NCBI GenBank assembly: GCA_903910705.1 | Contig: CAIWAN010000052.1 | Coordinates: 5,844-69,843 of the forward strand | Direction: 5' to 3' | Source: an uncultured Candidatus Marinamargulisbacteria bacterium | GTDB lineage: Bacteria > Margulisbacteria > Riflemargulisbacteria > GWF2-35-9 | Length of the DNA: 64,000 nucleotides | Part shown: positions 37,580 to 48,373 of the stretch, one piece after another | Layout of the letters: every line of letters begins with the position of its first letter | Numbering within the stretch: position 1 is the first letter of the stretch | Made by a program: the position numbers and the translations under genes | Notes under the pieces: generated by a model | What the model was told of the DNA's origin: nothing | Database searches by the model: none | What the model saw: only the letters and a program-made list of their open reading frames with translations

Positions 37580-37615
37580 AGAGTAGAATTTACTAAACTA
37601 GCAAGGAGCCCATAC

Positions 37616-38803
37616 ATGACAACCGTACAATATTCTGCTGACGACCTTTATCTCTTTACTTCAGAAAGTGTATCAGAAGGCCACCCCGACAAGATGGCCG
37701 ATCAGATTAGTGACGCCATTCTTGATGCCCATCTTACCCTTGACCCTGATTCTCGCGTCGCCTGTGAAACCCTTATAAAAACGGGGCTTGTTCTCGTTTC
37801 TGGGGAAATCACGTCAAAAGGACTCGTAAACTATGAAGAGATCGTCCGAAATACCATCAAAGAAATCGGCTATAGTCATACCGATGATGGGTTTGACCAT
37901 CAAACCTGTGGCGTTATCACCACCGTAGGCAAGCAGTCTGCTGATATATCGCAAGGTGTCACTGAAGGCGCAGGGCTTTTCGTCGAACAGGGCGCAGGCG
38001 ATCAAGGAATCATGTTTGGTTATGCAACCAACGAAACTCCGAACTATATGCCCCTCCCGATCCAGCTTTCTCATGATCTCCTTTTCAAGCTCTCAGACCT
38101 CAGAAAATCAAAAAAGCTCGACTATATCAAGCCTGACAGCAAGTCTCAAGTCACCGTTGCCTACAAAAACGGAAAACCCGACCACGTATACTCGGTCGTT
38201 ATCTCGACCCAACATTCCGAAGATGTAACCTATGCAACCATTCGTGAAGATATTATCGAACACGTTATCAATGCTGTTATTCCTGCATCGCTTCGAAAAC
38301 AACTCACGGATGAGCGCATCTACATCAATCCAACCGGTCGGTTTGTCATTGGTGGCCCCATGGGTGACTGTGGGCTGACGGGTCGAAAGATCATTGTTGA
38401 CACCTACGGTGGCATGGCTCGTCATGGCGGAGGCGCTTTTAGCGGGAAAGATCCTTCAAAAGTGGATCGTTCAGCCGCTTATGCTGCTCGATATATCGCA
38501 AAAAACATCGTTGCAGCAGGTCTCGCAGATAAATGCGAAGTTCAACTCGCCTACGCGATCGGTGTCGCCGATCCTATTGCTATCTACGTTGATACCTTCG
38601 GAACGGAAAAAATTGAACACCGAAAAATGATCGAGCTTATTTATGAAGTCTTCCCCTTAAAACCTCGCGAAATTATTGAGGTTCTTGATCTCAAAAAACC
38701 GATTTACCAAAAAACCGCCTCTTATGGCCATTTTGGGCGAGATATTTTCTCGTGGGAAAAACTCGACAAGGTTGAGATTCTTAAAAAGAAGGCCTTCAAA
38801 TAA
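37616..38803 (+). CDS. metK: S-adenosylmethionine synthetase
   Basis: Near-universal MetK blocks ([55 protein letters not shown]). Confidence 0.95.
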   Translation: MTTVQYSADDLYLFTSESVSEGHPDKMADQISDAILDAHLTLDPDSRVACETLIKTGLVLVSGEITSKGLVNYEEIVRNTIKEIGYSHTDDGFDHQTCGVITTVGKQSADISQGVTEGAGLFVEQGAGDQGIMFGYATNETPNYMPLPIQLSHDLLFKLSDLRKSKKLDYIKPDSKSQVTVAYKNGKPDHVYSVVISTQHSEDVTYATIREDIIEHVINAVIPASLRKQLTDERIYINPTGRFVIGGPMGDCGLTGRKIIVDTYGGMARHGGGAFSGKDPSKVDRSAAYAARYIAKNIVAAGLADKCEVQLAYAIGVADPIAIYVDTFGTEKIEHRKMIELIYEVFPLKPREIIEVLDLKKPIYQKTASYGHFGRDIFSWEKLDKVEILKKKAFK

Positions 38804-38856
38804 ACGTCGGATTTATTAGTCTGGGTTGTCCGAAGAACTTAACGGACACCGAAACC

Positions 38857-40089
38857 ATGATGGGGCATTTGCCTTCATCATATCGTATTGTTCCAACGAT
38901 GGATCAGGCCGATATTATGGTGCTAAATTCCTGCTCGTTCATCAAAGCCGCTGAAGATGAAACGCTTGAAACGCTCCATGAATTGGCCGATTGGCGTACA
39001 GACAACCGGCGAATCATCCTTACGGGATGTTATGTCGAACAAGAAAAGGACGCTTTATTAGAGCGATTCCCCTTTATTGATGGAATCCTCGGAACGGGAG
39101 GGCTTACCCAACTGAGCGACATCATTGATTCATCCTTGCGAAATGAGCGTCGTTATATTCATCCCCCTCGTTCAGAGAACCTTATTGGCCAAAATCAACG
39201 AAAATTAGCAACACCCCGACACTACGCTTACCTCAAGATATCTGAAGGTTGCGATCATGCCTGCAGTTTCTGCAAGATCCCCTCTCTTCGAGGGCCGGCT
39301 GTTTTCAAATCCCCGCAGGCCCTTCTTGACGAAGCCAAAGGCCTTATTGATCAAGGGGTCAAAGAGCTTATTCTTGTAGCTCAAGACTCAACGGCGTACA
39401 AAGGCCATAGCGGATATCGTCTCGCTAACCTATTACTCGATCTTGAATCCTTGGAAGGACTATTATGGATCAGAGTAATGTACGCTTATCCAACGAAGAT
39501 CGACGAAAAACTCATTAAAGTTTTCAATGAATCCAAAAAGATTGTTGCATATCTCGATATGCCCATACAGCATTGTAATGATACAATACTAGGGGCCATG
39601 AAGCGTCACGGCTCCAAGGTTGACATTGAAAATACTATCCAGAGACTGCGAGATGGCATTTCTGGCATCAAACTTAGAACGACTATTCTTGTTGGGTTCC
39701 CTGGAGAAACACAAGAACATGTCAATGAATTGGCACAATTTATGAAAAAAATTCGTTTTGATCATGTCGGTATATTTACTTATTCAGCCGAAGCTGGCAC
39801 GAGCGCAGCAACCTTGAGTGCTCAGGTCACTGAAGCAGACAAGCAAGCTCGGTTTGATCAATTAATGTTACTGCAACAATCCATAAGTCGATCCCTCAAT
39901 CAACCGTATGTTGGACAATTACTGCCCATCATGATCGACGATCTGGACGGAGGACGACGAACCTTTGATGCGCCCGAGATCGATGGACATGTGCATGTCG
40001 ATAATGTGAAGAAAGCCGATATTGGCCAGATTCGACACGTTCACATCACAGAAGCCCTCGACTATGACTTGGTCGGGCACATTTCGTGA
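38857..40089 (+). CDS. rimO: radical-SAM methylthiotransferase of the RimO type. The N-terminus is probably longer than annotated; see findings.
   Basis: MTTase N-domain, a radical SAM CxxxCxxC motif (CSFCKIP), a TRAM-like C-terminus and the RimO-like block IRVMYAYPT. Confidence 0.75.
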   Translation: MMGHLPSSYRIVPTMDQADIMVLNSCSFIKAAEDETLETLHELADWRTDNRRIILTGCYVEQEKDALLERFPFIDGILGTGGLTQLSDIIDSSLRNERRYIHPPRSENLIGQNQRKLATPRHYAYLKISEGCDHACSFCKIPSLRGPAVFKSPQALLDEAKGLIDQGVKELILVAQDSTAYKGHSGYRLANLLLDLESLEGLLWIRVMYAYPTKIDEKLIKVFNESKKIVAYLDMPIQHCNDTILGAMKRHGSKVDIENTIQRLRDGISGIKLRTTILVGFPGETQEHVNELAQFMKKIRFDHVGIFTYSAEAGTSAATLSAQVTEADKQARFDQLMLLQQSISRSLNQPYVGQLLPIMIDDLDGGRRTFDAPEIDGHVHVDNVKKADIGQIRHVHITEALDYDLVGHIS

Positions 40090-40589
40090 CACTCGCCAAC
40101 TGGATCACCTTATCACGAATTGCCGCCGTTCCTTTTGTGATTATGCTGCTCCCTCTTCAACCGTGGATCGCCGCGTTAGGGTTCGGGCTGATTAGTTTGA
40201 CTGATTTTGTCGATGGTTATGTTGCCAGAAGAATGAACCAAGTCACCTCGCTCGGAAAACTACTCGATCCTATCGCGGACAAAATTCTCGTCATCACCCT
40301 TTTGCTGTATTTTGTCGAGACGTTACGCATTTCCTATATATTTGTTGCCATTATCATCGTTCGAGAACTCGCAGTATCCGCACTTCGAACCCTTGCAGCG
40401 CTCGATAATCAGATCATCAAAGCGGATCAACTGGGTAAGGCCAAAACGGTTTGGCAGTACATCACGCTTGTTTGGATGATCATGGCTTGGCCACTTGAGA
40501 ATATCTTTATCTATGGAATGGTCGGATTAACGGTCGTATCCGGCATCAACTATTATTGGGTTAATCGAAAGGTCCTTAAACATGGCTGA
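40086..40589 (+). CDS. pgsA: CDP-diacylglycerol--glycerol-3-phosphate 3-phosphatidyltransferase
   Basis: CDP-alcohol phosphatidyltransferase motif (DGYVAR...G...DPIADK). GTG start overlapping the rimO stop. Confidence 0.8.
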   Translation: MTLANWITLSRIAAVPFVIMLLPLQPWIAALGFGLISLTDFVDGYVARRMNQVTSLGKLLDPIADKILVITLLLYFVETLRISYIFVAIIIVRELAVSALRTLAALDNQIIKADQLGKAKTVWQYITLVWMIMAWPLENIFIYGMVGLTVVSGINYYWVNRKVLKHG

Positions 40590-41097
40590 TTTTCGAGACA
40601 TTCTTCTTCAAAAAGAGAGCGTCAACCCTGACATATCCCCCAATAGAGTGGCCGATCTTCTTGTCGAAAAGAAAGTGACGCTCTCGGTTGCCGAGTCGAT
40701 CACCGGCGGTGCAATTTGTGCTGAACTCGTCAAAATTCCAGGGGCGTCAAAATACCTGCTCGGTGGGGTTGTTGCCTACAGTAACCGGATCAAAGTTTCC
40801 GAAGCGCGAGTCAACCCCAAGACCATCGCTCGATATGGGGCTGTCAGCGCTCAAGTTTGTCTTGAAATGGCACAAGGCATTCGACATAAGTATCAAACCA
40901 CCATTGGACTTTCGACAACCGGTTTCGCTGGGCCACGTCTTGAGAATGAAAAAGTTGGCCTAACCTATATTGGATGCGTAAAAGAGGGCACAGAAGTGGT
41001 CAAACCCTTCCTCTTTAATGGCGAACGCGCATCCATTATCCATCAAGCAACGTTCGCAGCACTTGATTTACTTCGTTACGTATTATCAACAAATTAA
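40582..41097 (+). CDS. cinA: CinA C-terminal domain protein (PncC-type NMN deamidase)
   Basis: [10 protein letters not shown] block, and conserved cinA-recA linkage. Confidence 0.7.
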   Translation: MADFRDILLQKESVNPDISPNRVADLLVEKKVTLSVAESITGGAICAELVKIPGASKYLLGGVVAYSNRIKVSEARVNPKTIARYGAVSAQVCLEMAQGIRHKYQTTIGLSTTGFAGPRLENEKVGLTYIGCVKEGTEVVKPFLFNGERASIIHQATFAALDLLRYVLSTN

Positions 41098-41107
41098 GGA
41101 GGATTTT

Positions 41108-42124
41108 ATGGCAGAAAAGATTACTAGTAAAGAAACCCAGAAAGCATTAGACCTTGCGATCAACCAAATCGAAAAGAATTTTGGCAAAGGCTCGATCATG
41201 ACCATGGGCGAAGCGAACACGGCCGCGATTCCGTCCATTCCGACGGGATCGATTAAGCTTGACGCCGCGCTTGGCATTGGTGGCATACCAAAAGGGCGTA
41301 TCATCGAAATTTTCGGGCCTGAAAGTTCAGGAAAAACGACCATCACCCTTCATATCATTGCTGAGGCACAGAAGCTCGGCGGGATTTGTGCGTTTATTGA
41401 TGCCGAACATGCACTTGACCCCCAATATGCCAAAGCGATTGGCGTCAACACGAAAGAACTTCTTCTTTCACAACCTGATTTCGGCGAACAGGCCCTCGAT
41501 ATCACGGAAACATTGGTTCGTAGTGGTGCCATCTCCGTCATTGTCATTGACTCTGTTGCGGCGCTGGTTCCAAAATCCGAACTTGAAGGAGAAATGGGCG
41601 ACTCACATGTGGGGCTTCAGGCTCGACTCATGTCCCAAGCCCTTCGAAAATTAACAGCGGCCGTTTCAAAATCATCAACAACCGTTATTTTCGTCAATCA
41701 ACTGCGCGAAAAGGTTGGGGTTATGTTTGGAAGTCCCGAAGTCACCACTGGGGGCAAAGCCCTTAAGTTTTACGCATCGATTCGACTCGATATCCGCAAG
41801 AAAGATACCATTAAGAAGGGTGAGGACATGGTCGGTACCATGACTAAAATTAAAGTGGTCAAGAATAAAGTGGCCATTCCTTTTAAAGAAGTCCTTATCG
41901 AGATAACCTATGGAAAAGGCATCTCGAAAACGAGTGAAATACTCGACTTAGCCGTGGAACATAATTTGGTCGAGAAATATGGTTCCTGGTATAGCATTGG
42001 AAAAGAGAAAATGGGGCAAGGCAAGGAAGCCGCCCAACAATATCTGGATACGAATCCGGAGATTTTAGTCAACCTAGAATCCCAGCTGAGAACCATTCTC
42101 GGCATTCCAGCCAAAACCGAATAA
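41108..42124 (+). CDS. recA: recombinase RecA
   Basis: Walker [10 protein letters not shown] and canonical RecA blocks. The start is at the ATG at 41108, with an AGGAGG RBS. Confidence 0.95.
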   Translation: MAEKITSKETQKALDLAINQIEKNFGKGSIMTMGEANTAAIPSIPTGSIKLDAALGIGGIPKGRIIEIFGPESSGKTTITLHIIAEAQKLGGICAFIDAEHALDPQYAKAIGVNTKELLLSQPDFGEQALDITETLVRSGAISVIVIDSVAALVPKSELEGEMGDSHVGLQARLMSQALRKLTAAVSKSSTTVIFVNQLREKVGVMFGSPEVTTGGKALKFYASIRLDIRKKDTIKKGEDMVGTMTKIKVVKNKVAIPFKEVLIEITYGKGISKTSEILDLAVEHNLVEKYGSWYSIGKEKMGQGKEAAQQYLDTNPEILVNLESQLRTILGIPAKTE

Positions 42125-42139
42125 ACGAAAGGGGCTAAC

Positions 42140-43678
42140 ATGTTCTTATTCATATTAACCATTGTACTCCTCGCTATTTTTGCGGGCGGACTCTACTGGA
42201 TCGGCTTAAAAAATGCTGTCGTAGGCCGAAAAGAAAAAGATGCAGAATCGAAGGCAGCCAAAATATTAAAAGACGCTGAACGAAACGCAGACGATATGCG
42301 TCGTGAAGCACTCATTCAAGGAAAAGAAGAAATTCATCGTCTTCGAAATGATCTGGAAGATGAAATGCGAGAACGTCGCGACAAACAGCTTCTCTTGGAA
42401 ACTCGCTTGCTTCAGCGAGAAGAGCATCTTGACCAACGAGAGGCGAACTTAGAGGTGAGAGACAATGAACTGAATCAGAAGAAATTAGGATTAGAACGAC
42501 AACAGGCCGACCTTGATCTTGTTTACAAACAGCAGGTCGATATTCTAGAACGCGTCGCAGGGCTATCGCAGGACGAAGGGAAAAAACTCTTGCTTGAAAA
42601 TCTCGAACGCGATGTCAAATACGAGGCAGCTAAGCTCATTAAAGAAACAGAAGATATGGCGATAAAGACAGCTCAACGGAAAGCGCGTGAGATCATCGCT
42701 ACCGCGATCCAACGCTGTGCGGTTGATAATGTTGTCGAACTGACCACTTCCGTCGTTGCGCTCCCAGGAGACGAAATGAAGGGACGCCTTATTGGTCGTG
42801 AAGGTCGCAATATCCGTGCCTTTGAAACCATGACCGGCATCGACCTCATTATTGATGACACACCTGAAACCGTTATTCTTTCTGGATTTGATCCTATTCG
42901 TCGGGAGATTGCTCGTCAAACGCTGAGCAAACTGGTTCAGGATGGAAGAATTCACCCCACTCGAATTGAAGAAGTCTACGAACAATGCAAAAAAGATCTT
43001 GAGTCAACCATTATGGATATTGGCGAACGAACCGCCATCGAGGTTGATGTCCAAAACCTAAGTCCACAGATCATCTACTTGCTTGGTCGACTTCACTATC
43101 GGACCAGTTATGGCCAAAATGTTCTCAGTCATAGTATCGAAGTGGCACATATCGCTTCATTGATGGCTCAAGAACTAGGCGTTAATCCTCGTCTTGCACG
43201 CCGAGCAGGGTTACTCCATGATCTAGGCAAAGCGATCGACTTCGAACGCGAAGGAACCCATGCCAGCTTAGGCGCAGAATTCGCGCAAAAAAATGGCGAA
43301 AATGAAGAAGTTGTCCACGCGATACTTGCCCACCACGAAGAGCAAAAACCTCAAACGATTGAAGCCATTTTGGTCGCATCAGCTGACGCGGTTTCGGCCT
43401 CTCGTCCAGGAGCTCGACGCGAATCCGTTGAAGCCTACATTAAACGACTAGAAAACCTCGAACAGTTAGCCGTTTCTTTCCAAGGCGTTGAAAAAGCTTT
43501 CGCGATCCAGTCGGGTCGAGAAGTTCGGGTGATGGTTAAACCCGATATCATTAATGATAAGTTAGCCTCAAAATTGGCGCACGATATTGTTCGAAAGATC
43601 GAAAGTGAACTCGAATATCCGGGCACCATTAAAGTAACCGTCATTCGTGAGACTCGTGTTCAAGATGTGGCGAAGTAA
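42140..43678 (+). CDS. rny: ribonuclease Y
   Basis: N-terminal TM helix, coiled-coil, KH domain (GREGRNIRAFE) and HD domain (HSIEVAH...LLHDLGK). Confidence 0.9.
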   Translation: MFLFILTIVLLAIFAGGLYWIGLKNAVVGRKEKDAESKAAKILKDAERNADDMRREALIQGKEEIHRLRNDLEDEMRERRDKQLLLETRLLQREEHLDQREANLEVRDNELNQKKLGLERQQADLDLVYKQQVDILERVAGLSQDEGKKLLLENLERDVKYEAAKLIKETEDMAIKTAQRKAREIIATAIQRCAVDNVVELTTSVVALPGDEMKGRLIGREGRNIRAFETMTGIDLIIDDTPETVILSGFDPIRREIARQTLSKLVQDGRIHPTRIEEVYEQCKKDLESTIMDIGERTAIEVDVQNLSPQIIYLLGRLHYRTSYGQNVLSHSIEVAHIASLMAQELGVNPRLARRAGLLHDLGKAIDFEREGTHASLGAEFAQKNGENEEVVHAILAHHEEQKPQTIEAILVASADAVSASRPGARRESVEAYIKRLENLEQLAVSFQGVEKAFAIQSGREVRVMVKPDIINDKLASKLAHDIVRKIESELEYPGTIKVTVIRETRVQDVAK

Positions 43679-44461
43679 GTGATAACGGTCCTCTTCGTTG
43701 GGGATGTCGTTGGCAAAATTGGGCGGGATACCCTTATGGGGCAACTTCCCGCCCTGAAAGCCACCTACAAGCCTGATCTCATTATTGTTAATGGAGAAAA
43801 CTCCGCAAATGGAAAAGGGATCACCACTCGTGTCGTGGAAGAATACCTAAAAGCAGGGGTTCACTGCATTACATCAGGCAATCACGTATTTGATAACCGA
43901 GAGATCCATCAAAACATGGGCTCGATCGCTGAACTTATCCGTCCCCTCAATTATGCAACGCGCGTTCCAGGCAACACCGTCTTTAAAACAACCCTCAAGG
44001 GGCAAACATTGGGAGTGATCAATGTGCTCGGTCAAGTATTTATGCCACCCATTAATCATCCCTTTGATGCGATAGAAGATATTCTTGAAACGGAGCTTGC
44101 AGATACCGATATCATTCTTCTGGATGTTCATGCTGAGGCAACCTCAGAAAAGAAAGCGATCGCACTCTATTTTACGGGGCGGATATCTGCGGTCATTGGC
44201 ACACATACGCATGTTCAAACCTCAGATGCATGTATCCTCGATCAGCAAACGGCCTTTATTACCGATGTCGGCATGGTTGGAGCACGGAATAGTATACTGG
44301 GCATGGCATCAGACCCTGTTATTACACGATTTTTAACGGGAATGCCCGAGCGTTTTGCGCCGCCTGAAACAGACACAGAAAGAATCTTGGACTTTTCGAT
44401 CGTTGAATTCTCTCCCGAAGGAAAAGCAACACATATCGAAGCCCACCATCTTATTATCTAG
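43679..44461 (+). CDS. ymdB: YmdB-family metallophosphoesterase (2',3'-cyclic-nucleotide phosphodiesterase, TIGR00282)
   Basis: ILFVGDVVGKIGR...IIVNGENSANGKGIT. Conserved position downstream of rny. Confidence 0.85.
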   Translation: MITVLFVGDVVGKIGRDTLMGQLPALKATYKPDLIIVNGENSANGKGITTRVVEEYLKAGVHCITSGNHVFDNREIHQNMGSIAELIRPLNYATRVPGNTVFKTTLKGQTLGVINVLGQVFMPPINHPFDAIEDILETELADTDIILLDVHAEATSEKKAIALYFTGRISAVIGTHTHVQTSDACILDQQTAFITDVGMVGARNSILGMASDPVITRFLTGMPERFAPPETDTERILDFSIVEFSPEGKATHIEAHHLII

Positions 44462-44473
44462 TATGGGTATCAA

Positions 44474-45487
44474 CTAATTTGCAAAGATCTGATTAATCTT
44501 TATCGCATAGTGTTTGTCTGAAACGCCCAAGGCGGCACCAAACTTGTTTAATCCGCCGACTTTGACAAGCAAGTCTTCTGTTTTCTTAGTTCGCAAAGTG
44601 ACAATATCACCGACCTGCAAATGAATAACCTCTTCAACGGTGACATCGGCCTTGCCAAGCTCAGTAGAGATGTCGACCATAGCTATTGCCAAGTTTTCCT
44701 TCATCTCGGATTCCTTCTTAATAAACTGATGTTTGGAGCGACTGTACTGACTATCAATAAGCTGAGAAAGAACATGATCAATCGCAATATAGGGGATACA
44801 ATACGTAAAAATACCTAGCACATCGCCAATAGACAACTCGAAAACCATTTTCAATACGATATCATTCGGCTGAACAAGATGAATCACGCGAGGGTTTGTC
44901 TCAACAGAAATGATCCGAGGTAAATCCTTCATAACCTCGCCCCAACTTTCCTTTTGATGAACAAAAAGCTTATCTAAAATATTTCGAAGAATAATTAACT
45001 CGATATCGGTAAGATCTTGCCGATTGGTCCAAACATCAGCACCCTGCCCCCCCAGAATTTTTTCAACCATCAGCATCGCAATTTCGATATCAAAACTTAG
45101 AATGGCTTGATCATCCACAAAAGAAAGGATGTAATGTCGAGCCCGTTCATTACAGTCATCAATATATTCTTGATAAGTGTGCTGTTCGATATAAGGCAGG
45201 TTCACTTTGACGTCTTGTCGCAAATAAACCGACAATGAACCACTAAAAAGTCGAGCCATATTATCATGGAAACCTTTCAATATTCGAAGCAGATCTTTTG
45301 AGAATTTATTAGGACGTCGAAAGTCATACTTAACAATGTGCTGAAAAGCCTCTAAATGTCTCGGTTTGGAGATAAATTCTGTTTCGGATACCTGACTGGA
45401 TTGCGTCGGCGAGGATTCGGGCTCTTGCTCATCCATCACACCCATAAGGAGGGCATTGATCTCGTCTTGGGAGAGGATGCTACTCAT
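44474..45487 (-). CDS. fliM: flagellar motor switch protein FliM
   Basis: N-terminal CheY-P binding LSQDEINALL and FliM middle-domain blocks. Confidence 0.8.
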   Translation of the reverse strand: MSSILSQDEINALLMGVMDEQEPESSPTQSSQVSETEFISKPRHLEAFQHIVKYDFRRPNKFSKDLLRILKGFHDNMARLFSGSLSVYLRQDVKVNLPYIEQHTYQEYIDDCNERARHYILSFVDDQAILSFDIEIAMLMVEKILGGQGADVWTNRQDLTDIELIILRNILDKLFVHQKESWGEVMKDLPRIISVETNPRVIHLVQPNDIVLKMVFELSIGDVLGIFTYCIPYIAIDHVLSQLIDSQYSRSKHQFIKKESEMKENLAIAMVDISTELGKADVTVEEVIHLQVGDIVTLRTKKTEDLLVKVGGLNKFGAALGVSDKHYAIKINQIFAN

Positions 45488-46356
45488 TCGGCTTCTTCCA
45501 GTAGCTCCTCCTGCTTAAACTCATCCATAACACTCATCATCAACGTTTCAATATCAGCCGGTTTAAGAGAAAGCTTTTCCATTGATTTGGGTTGTAGCTC
45601 ATAATTCAGGCCATCATACCCAAGACCGATACCCAATAATTCGCTCACCATATCGGCAATATGAACCATATGGACGGTTATATTATCCTCAGGTGCACAT
45701 TGCGGATCATGATGGAACCGGATCGACTGAATAAGATCATCTGAAAGATTCCATTTCTCGGCTACTTTAGCGCCAATTTCTCCATGATTAAACCCTAGTA
45801 CCGTTTCTTCAGCCTGCAGGAACGTAATATTGCCCCCCCGAAATAAACGGATAACATCAACAAACTTTTGTTTAGCATATTGATCCAATACAACCTTCCC
45901 CACATCGTGAAGCAACCCCATGACATAAACTTCATCTGGATTGGGATATTTAAGCTGTGTGGCTAAGGTTCTGGCACCAATTGCAACAGAATAACTATGT
46001 TTAAAAAGTGCTCCCTTTTCAAGGGCATAGCTCATTACACCCTTATTGAACATTGAATGAGTAGAAGCGGTCAGTGCAATATATTTGATCGTATTATATC
46101 CAAGACAGACAACGGCGTGTGAAATCGTTTTGATCTGCTTTGAAAATCCATAATAAGACGAATTGGCTAATTTAAGAATTTTCGCCACCATCGCTTGATC
46201 TTTTTCAAGCGAAATAACAATTTCTTTAAGATCAGATTCTGGATCACGTGTTAACTGAATGAGTTTTTTGATAGTCGTAGGCAACGGCATCAAGTCATCT
46301 AACTTGGACACCAATTCATTAAAAAGTTCGCTATTTGCTTCGTCTACCATTCTCAA
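45484..46356 (-). CDS. HDOD-domain signalling protein
   Basis: HDOD-type HD-like fold (LGYNTIKYIALTAS...GLLHDVGKVVL). Confidence 0.7.
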   Translation of the reverse strand: MRMVDEANSELFNELVSKLDDLMPLPTTIKKLIQLTRDPESDLKEIVISLEKDQAMVAKILKLANSSYYGFSKQIKTISHAVVCLGYNTIKYIALTASTHSMFNKGVMSYALEKGALFKHSYSVAIGARTLATQLKYPNPDEVYVMGLLHDVGKVVLDQYAKQKFVDVIRLFRGGNITFLQAEETVLGFNHGEIGAKVAEKWNLSDDLIQSIRFHHDPQCAPEDNITVHMVHIADMVSELLGIGLGYDGLNYELQPKSMEKLSLKPADIETLMMSVMDEFKQEELLEEAE

Positions 46357-46361
46357 GCTCC

Positions 46362-47165
46362 CTATTTATAATAAAACAAATTTGAATGACGCGTAAACCC
46401 TACTTGCTTTGAATTAAGGATCGTTTCGGTGCCACCAATGAACAGAACCCCTCCAACCGTCAATGCATCGAAAAACTTCTTATACAAAACATCTTTTGCT
46501 TCTTCAGTAAAATAAATGACTACATTACGACACAGGATCAAGTCAAACCCTTTAGTGAAAGGATCTTCCAAAAGATTATTACGCAGAAACTTAACATTTC
46601 GCTTTAATCTCGACTTTATTTTCCACCGTTGCTCCTCCGGATTTTTGTCAAAATGCTTTAATAGGAGTTCTTGAGATAAGTTCTTAATATCTATCTCACG
46701 GAAATCACCTTCACTAGCGAGTTTCATGACCGTTTCATCAATATCCGTTGCCGTGATCGAATAGTCTTGTCCTGGGAAAGAGTCTTCCATAATGATAGCC
46801 ATCGTATAAGCCTCAGAGCCGTTTGAACAACCTGCACTCCAGATACGAAGAGGGCGTCCTTGTTTTCTTGCTTCAGAAATTAGACTAGGCAAAATATTAA
46901 CCTGAAGATCAAGGAATCTTTCAGGATTTCGAAAAAATTCAGTCACATTAATGGTCAAGAAATCTTTAAAGTCGAGAAGAACATTCGGGGTACTTCGAAG
47001 ACGTGAAACAAACTCGACCAATGTTTCACACTTATATTTTAGAATAAACGAGCGGATCCGACGCTTCATCTGCGCAGGCTTATATTGGTCTAAATCAATA
47101 CCTAAAAGAACTCTAACGTCTTTTTTGAAAGGGTTATAATCAATATCGAACTGATCTTCTTCCAT
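46362..47165 (-). CDS. cheR: chemotaxis protein methyltransferase CheR
   Basis: TEFFRNPERF, IWSAGCSNGSEAY and SAM-dependent MTase blocks. Confidence 0.85.
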   Translation of the reverse strand: MEEDQFDIDYNPFKKDVRVLLGIDLDQYKPAQMKRRIRSFILKYKCETLVEFVSRLRSTPNVLLDFKDFLTINVTEFFRNPERFLDLQVNILPSLISEARKQGRPLRIWSAGCSNGSEAYTMAIIMEDSFPGQDYSITATDIDETVMKLASEGDFREIDIKNLSQELLLKHFDKNPEEQRWKIKSRLKRNVKFLRNNLLEDPFTKGFDLILCRNVVIYFTEEAKDVLYKKFFDALTVGGVLFIGGTETILNSKQVGFTRHSNLFYYK

Positions 47166-47647
47166 TATAGCTCCTTCTCCTGCATGCCGATTCGCCTTGA
47201 AAAGACTTGGCCTGTCGATATATGTAATGAGAATATTCGGCCGTTAGTTCCCCCACAATCTTGAGCGAGGGGACGAATGCCTGATGCCCAAAGCGCTTGC
47301 AACACCGCTTCAATATTTCTTTTCCCAATATCAAGGCTCGTTATATTTGCTTTTGCGAACATATTCGCCCCACCCACAATCTTCACAAAACTTGTCATCA
47401 TATTGCCGCCAAGACCTTTAAATTTATGAAGCAACAACGGTACTCCTGTATCTGCAAATCGTTCTGGCACTTGACTGTCTCGCTGAATGCTACTATCGGG
47501 CAAAACAATATGAGCCATGCCCCCAAGTCGAGAAACTTTATCGTAAATAGCCACACCAACACAAGACCCTAGTCCATGTACAACAATGAGGTCCCCCAGT
47601 GTTTTCGAAAACTTGATTTCTGCTAGTCCCACACTTATTGTTGCCAT
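47165..47647 (-). CDS. cheD: chemoreceptor glutamine deamidase CheD
   Basis: GLGSCVGVAIYD...GGMAHIVLP. Confidence 0.8.
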   Translation of the reverse strand: MATISVGLAEIKFSKTLGDLIVVHGLGSCVGVAIYDKVSRLGGMAHIVLPDSSIQRDSQVPERFADTGVPLLLHKFKGLGGNMMTSFVKIVGGANMFAKANITSLDIGKRNIEAVLQALWASGIRPLAQDCGGTNGRIFSLHISTGQVFSRRIGMQEKEL

Positions 47648-47682
47648 AATTCCTTGTTTATCATACTACGGCATCAAAGATG

Positions 47683-48360
47683 TTAAAACAATGATTCTAT
47701 TTCTTTTAGTTCTTGACTAGAAAGATATGCACTTCCCATTAAACTGGGAAGATCTACTTGCCCACATATTTGAAGAGGGAATGAATCCTTCTCTCTTTCT
47801 TTTATCTCAACAAACCGCCCCCCATCTCTAAATAGATAGGCTAATTGCGGAGAGGAAGGATCCGATTTCTTTAGAAATAGGGCCTTATATGAACCATCTA
47901 TTGGCTTTAGATGAAGAGAAAGTATCCCATTAATAATAAAAAGGGGGTTATCTAAATAAGTTCCTGCGACTTGAGGCTTCATCCACTTGATCGTGCTTGC
48001 TGGAACAACGCATTCGATCATATGTACATCAATACAAATTTTGTTCATCCCACCATCACCGTCAAACATAGTCTCCATGAAACTTTGTTTTTTCTCGAGC
48101 ACACGAATCCGAACGGGTTCATTGTATCGGATCGTATTGGCTATGACATTGGGCGACGTTTCGTGATTGCGAATAAGCACCTGATAAGCTTCCAGAATTC
48201 GTTTCGTTTGAGTCTCTGCCCATTGGCGATGTTTTTGATTGAGATCAGGGTGATATTTTTTCAGAAGCTCTTTTGCAACTTTTTTTATTATCTCAGGGCT
48301 TGCCCCTTCTGGAATGTTCAAAACCCGATGATACTGGCTCGTTTTCATGTTTTCGCTCAT
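47683..48360 (-). CDS. J-domain (DnaJ N-terminal) protein with an uncharacterised C-terminal domain
   Basis: YHRVLNIPEGASPEIIKKVAKELLKKYHPDLNQ, with an HPD tripeptide. It has no Gly/Phe region or zinc finger. Confidence 0.65.
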   Translation of the reverse strand: MSENMKTSQYHRVLNIPEGASPEIIKKVAKELLKKYHPDLNQKHRQWAETQTKRILEAYQVLIRNHETSPNVIANTIRYNEPVRIRVLEKKQSFMETMFDGDGGMNKICIDVHMIECVVPASTIKWMKPQVAGTYLDNPLFIINGILSLHLKPIDGSYKALFLKKSDPSSPQLAYLFRDGGRFVEIKEREKDSFPLQICGQVDLPSLMGSAYLSSQELKEIESLF

Positions 48361-48373
48361 TATAGCATAACGA

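Noticed and set aside
37477-37615. Possible SAM riboswitch upstream of metK
   Set aside because: The leader from the predicted promoter is only about 30 nt. None of the conserved S-box blocks (CTTATCAAGAG, GGTGC...) is present.
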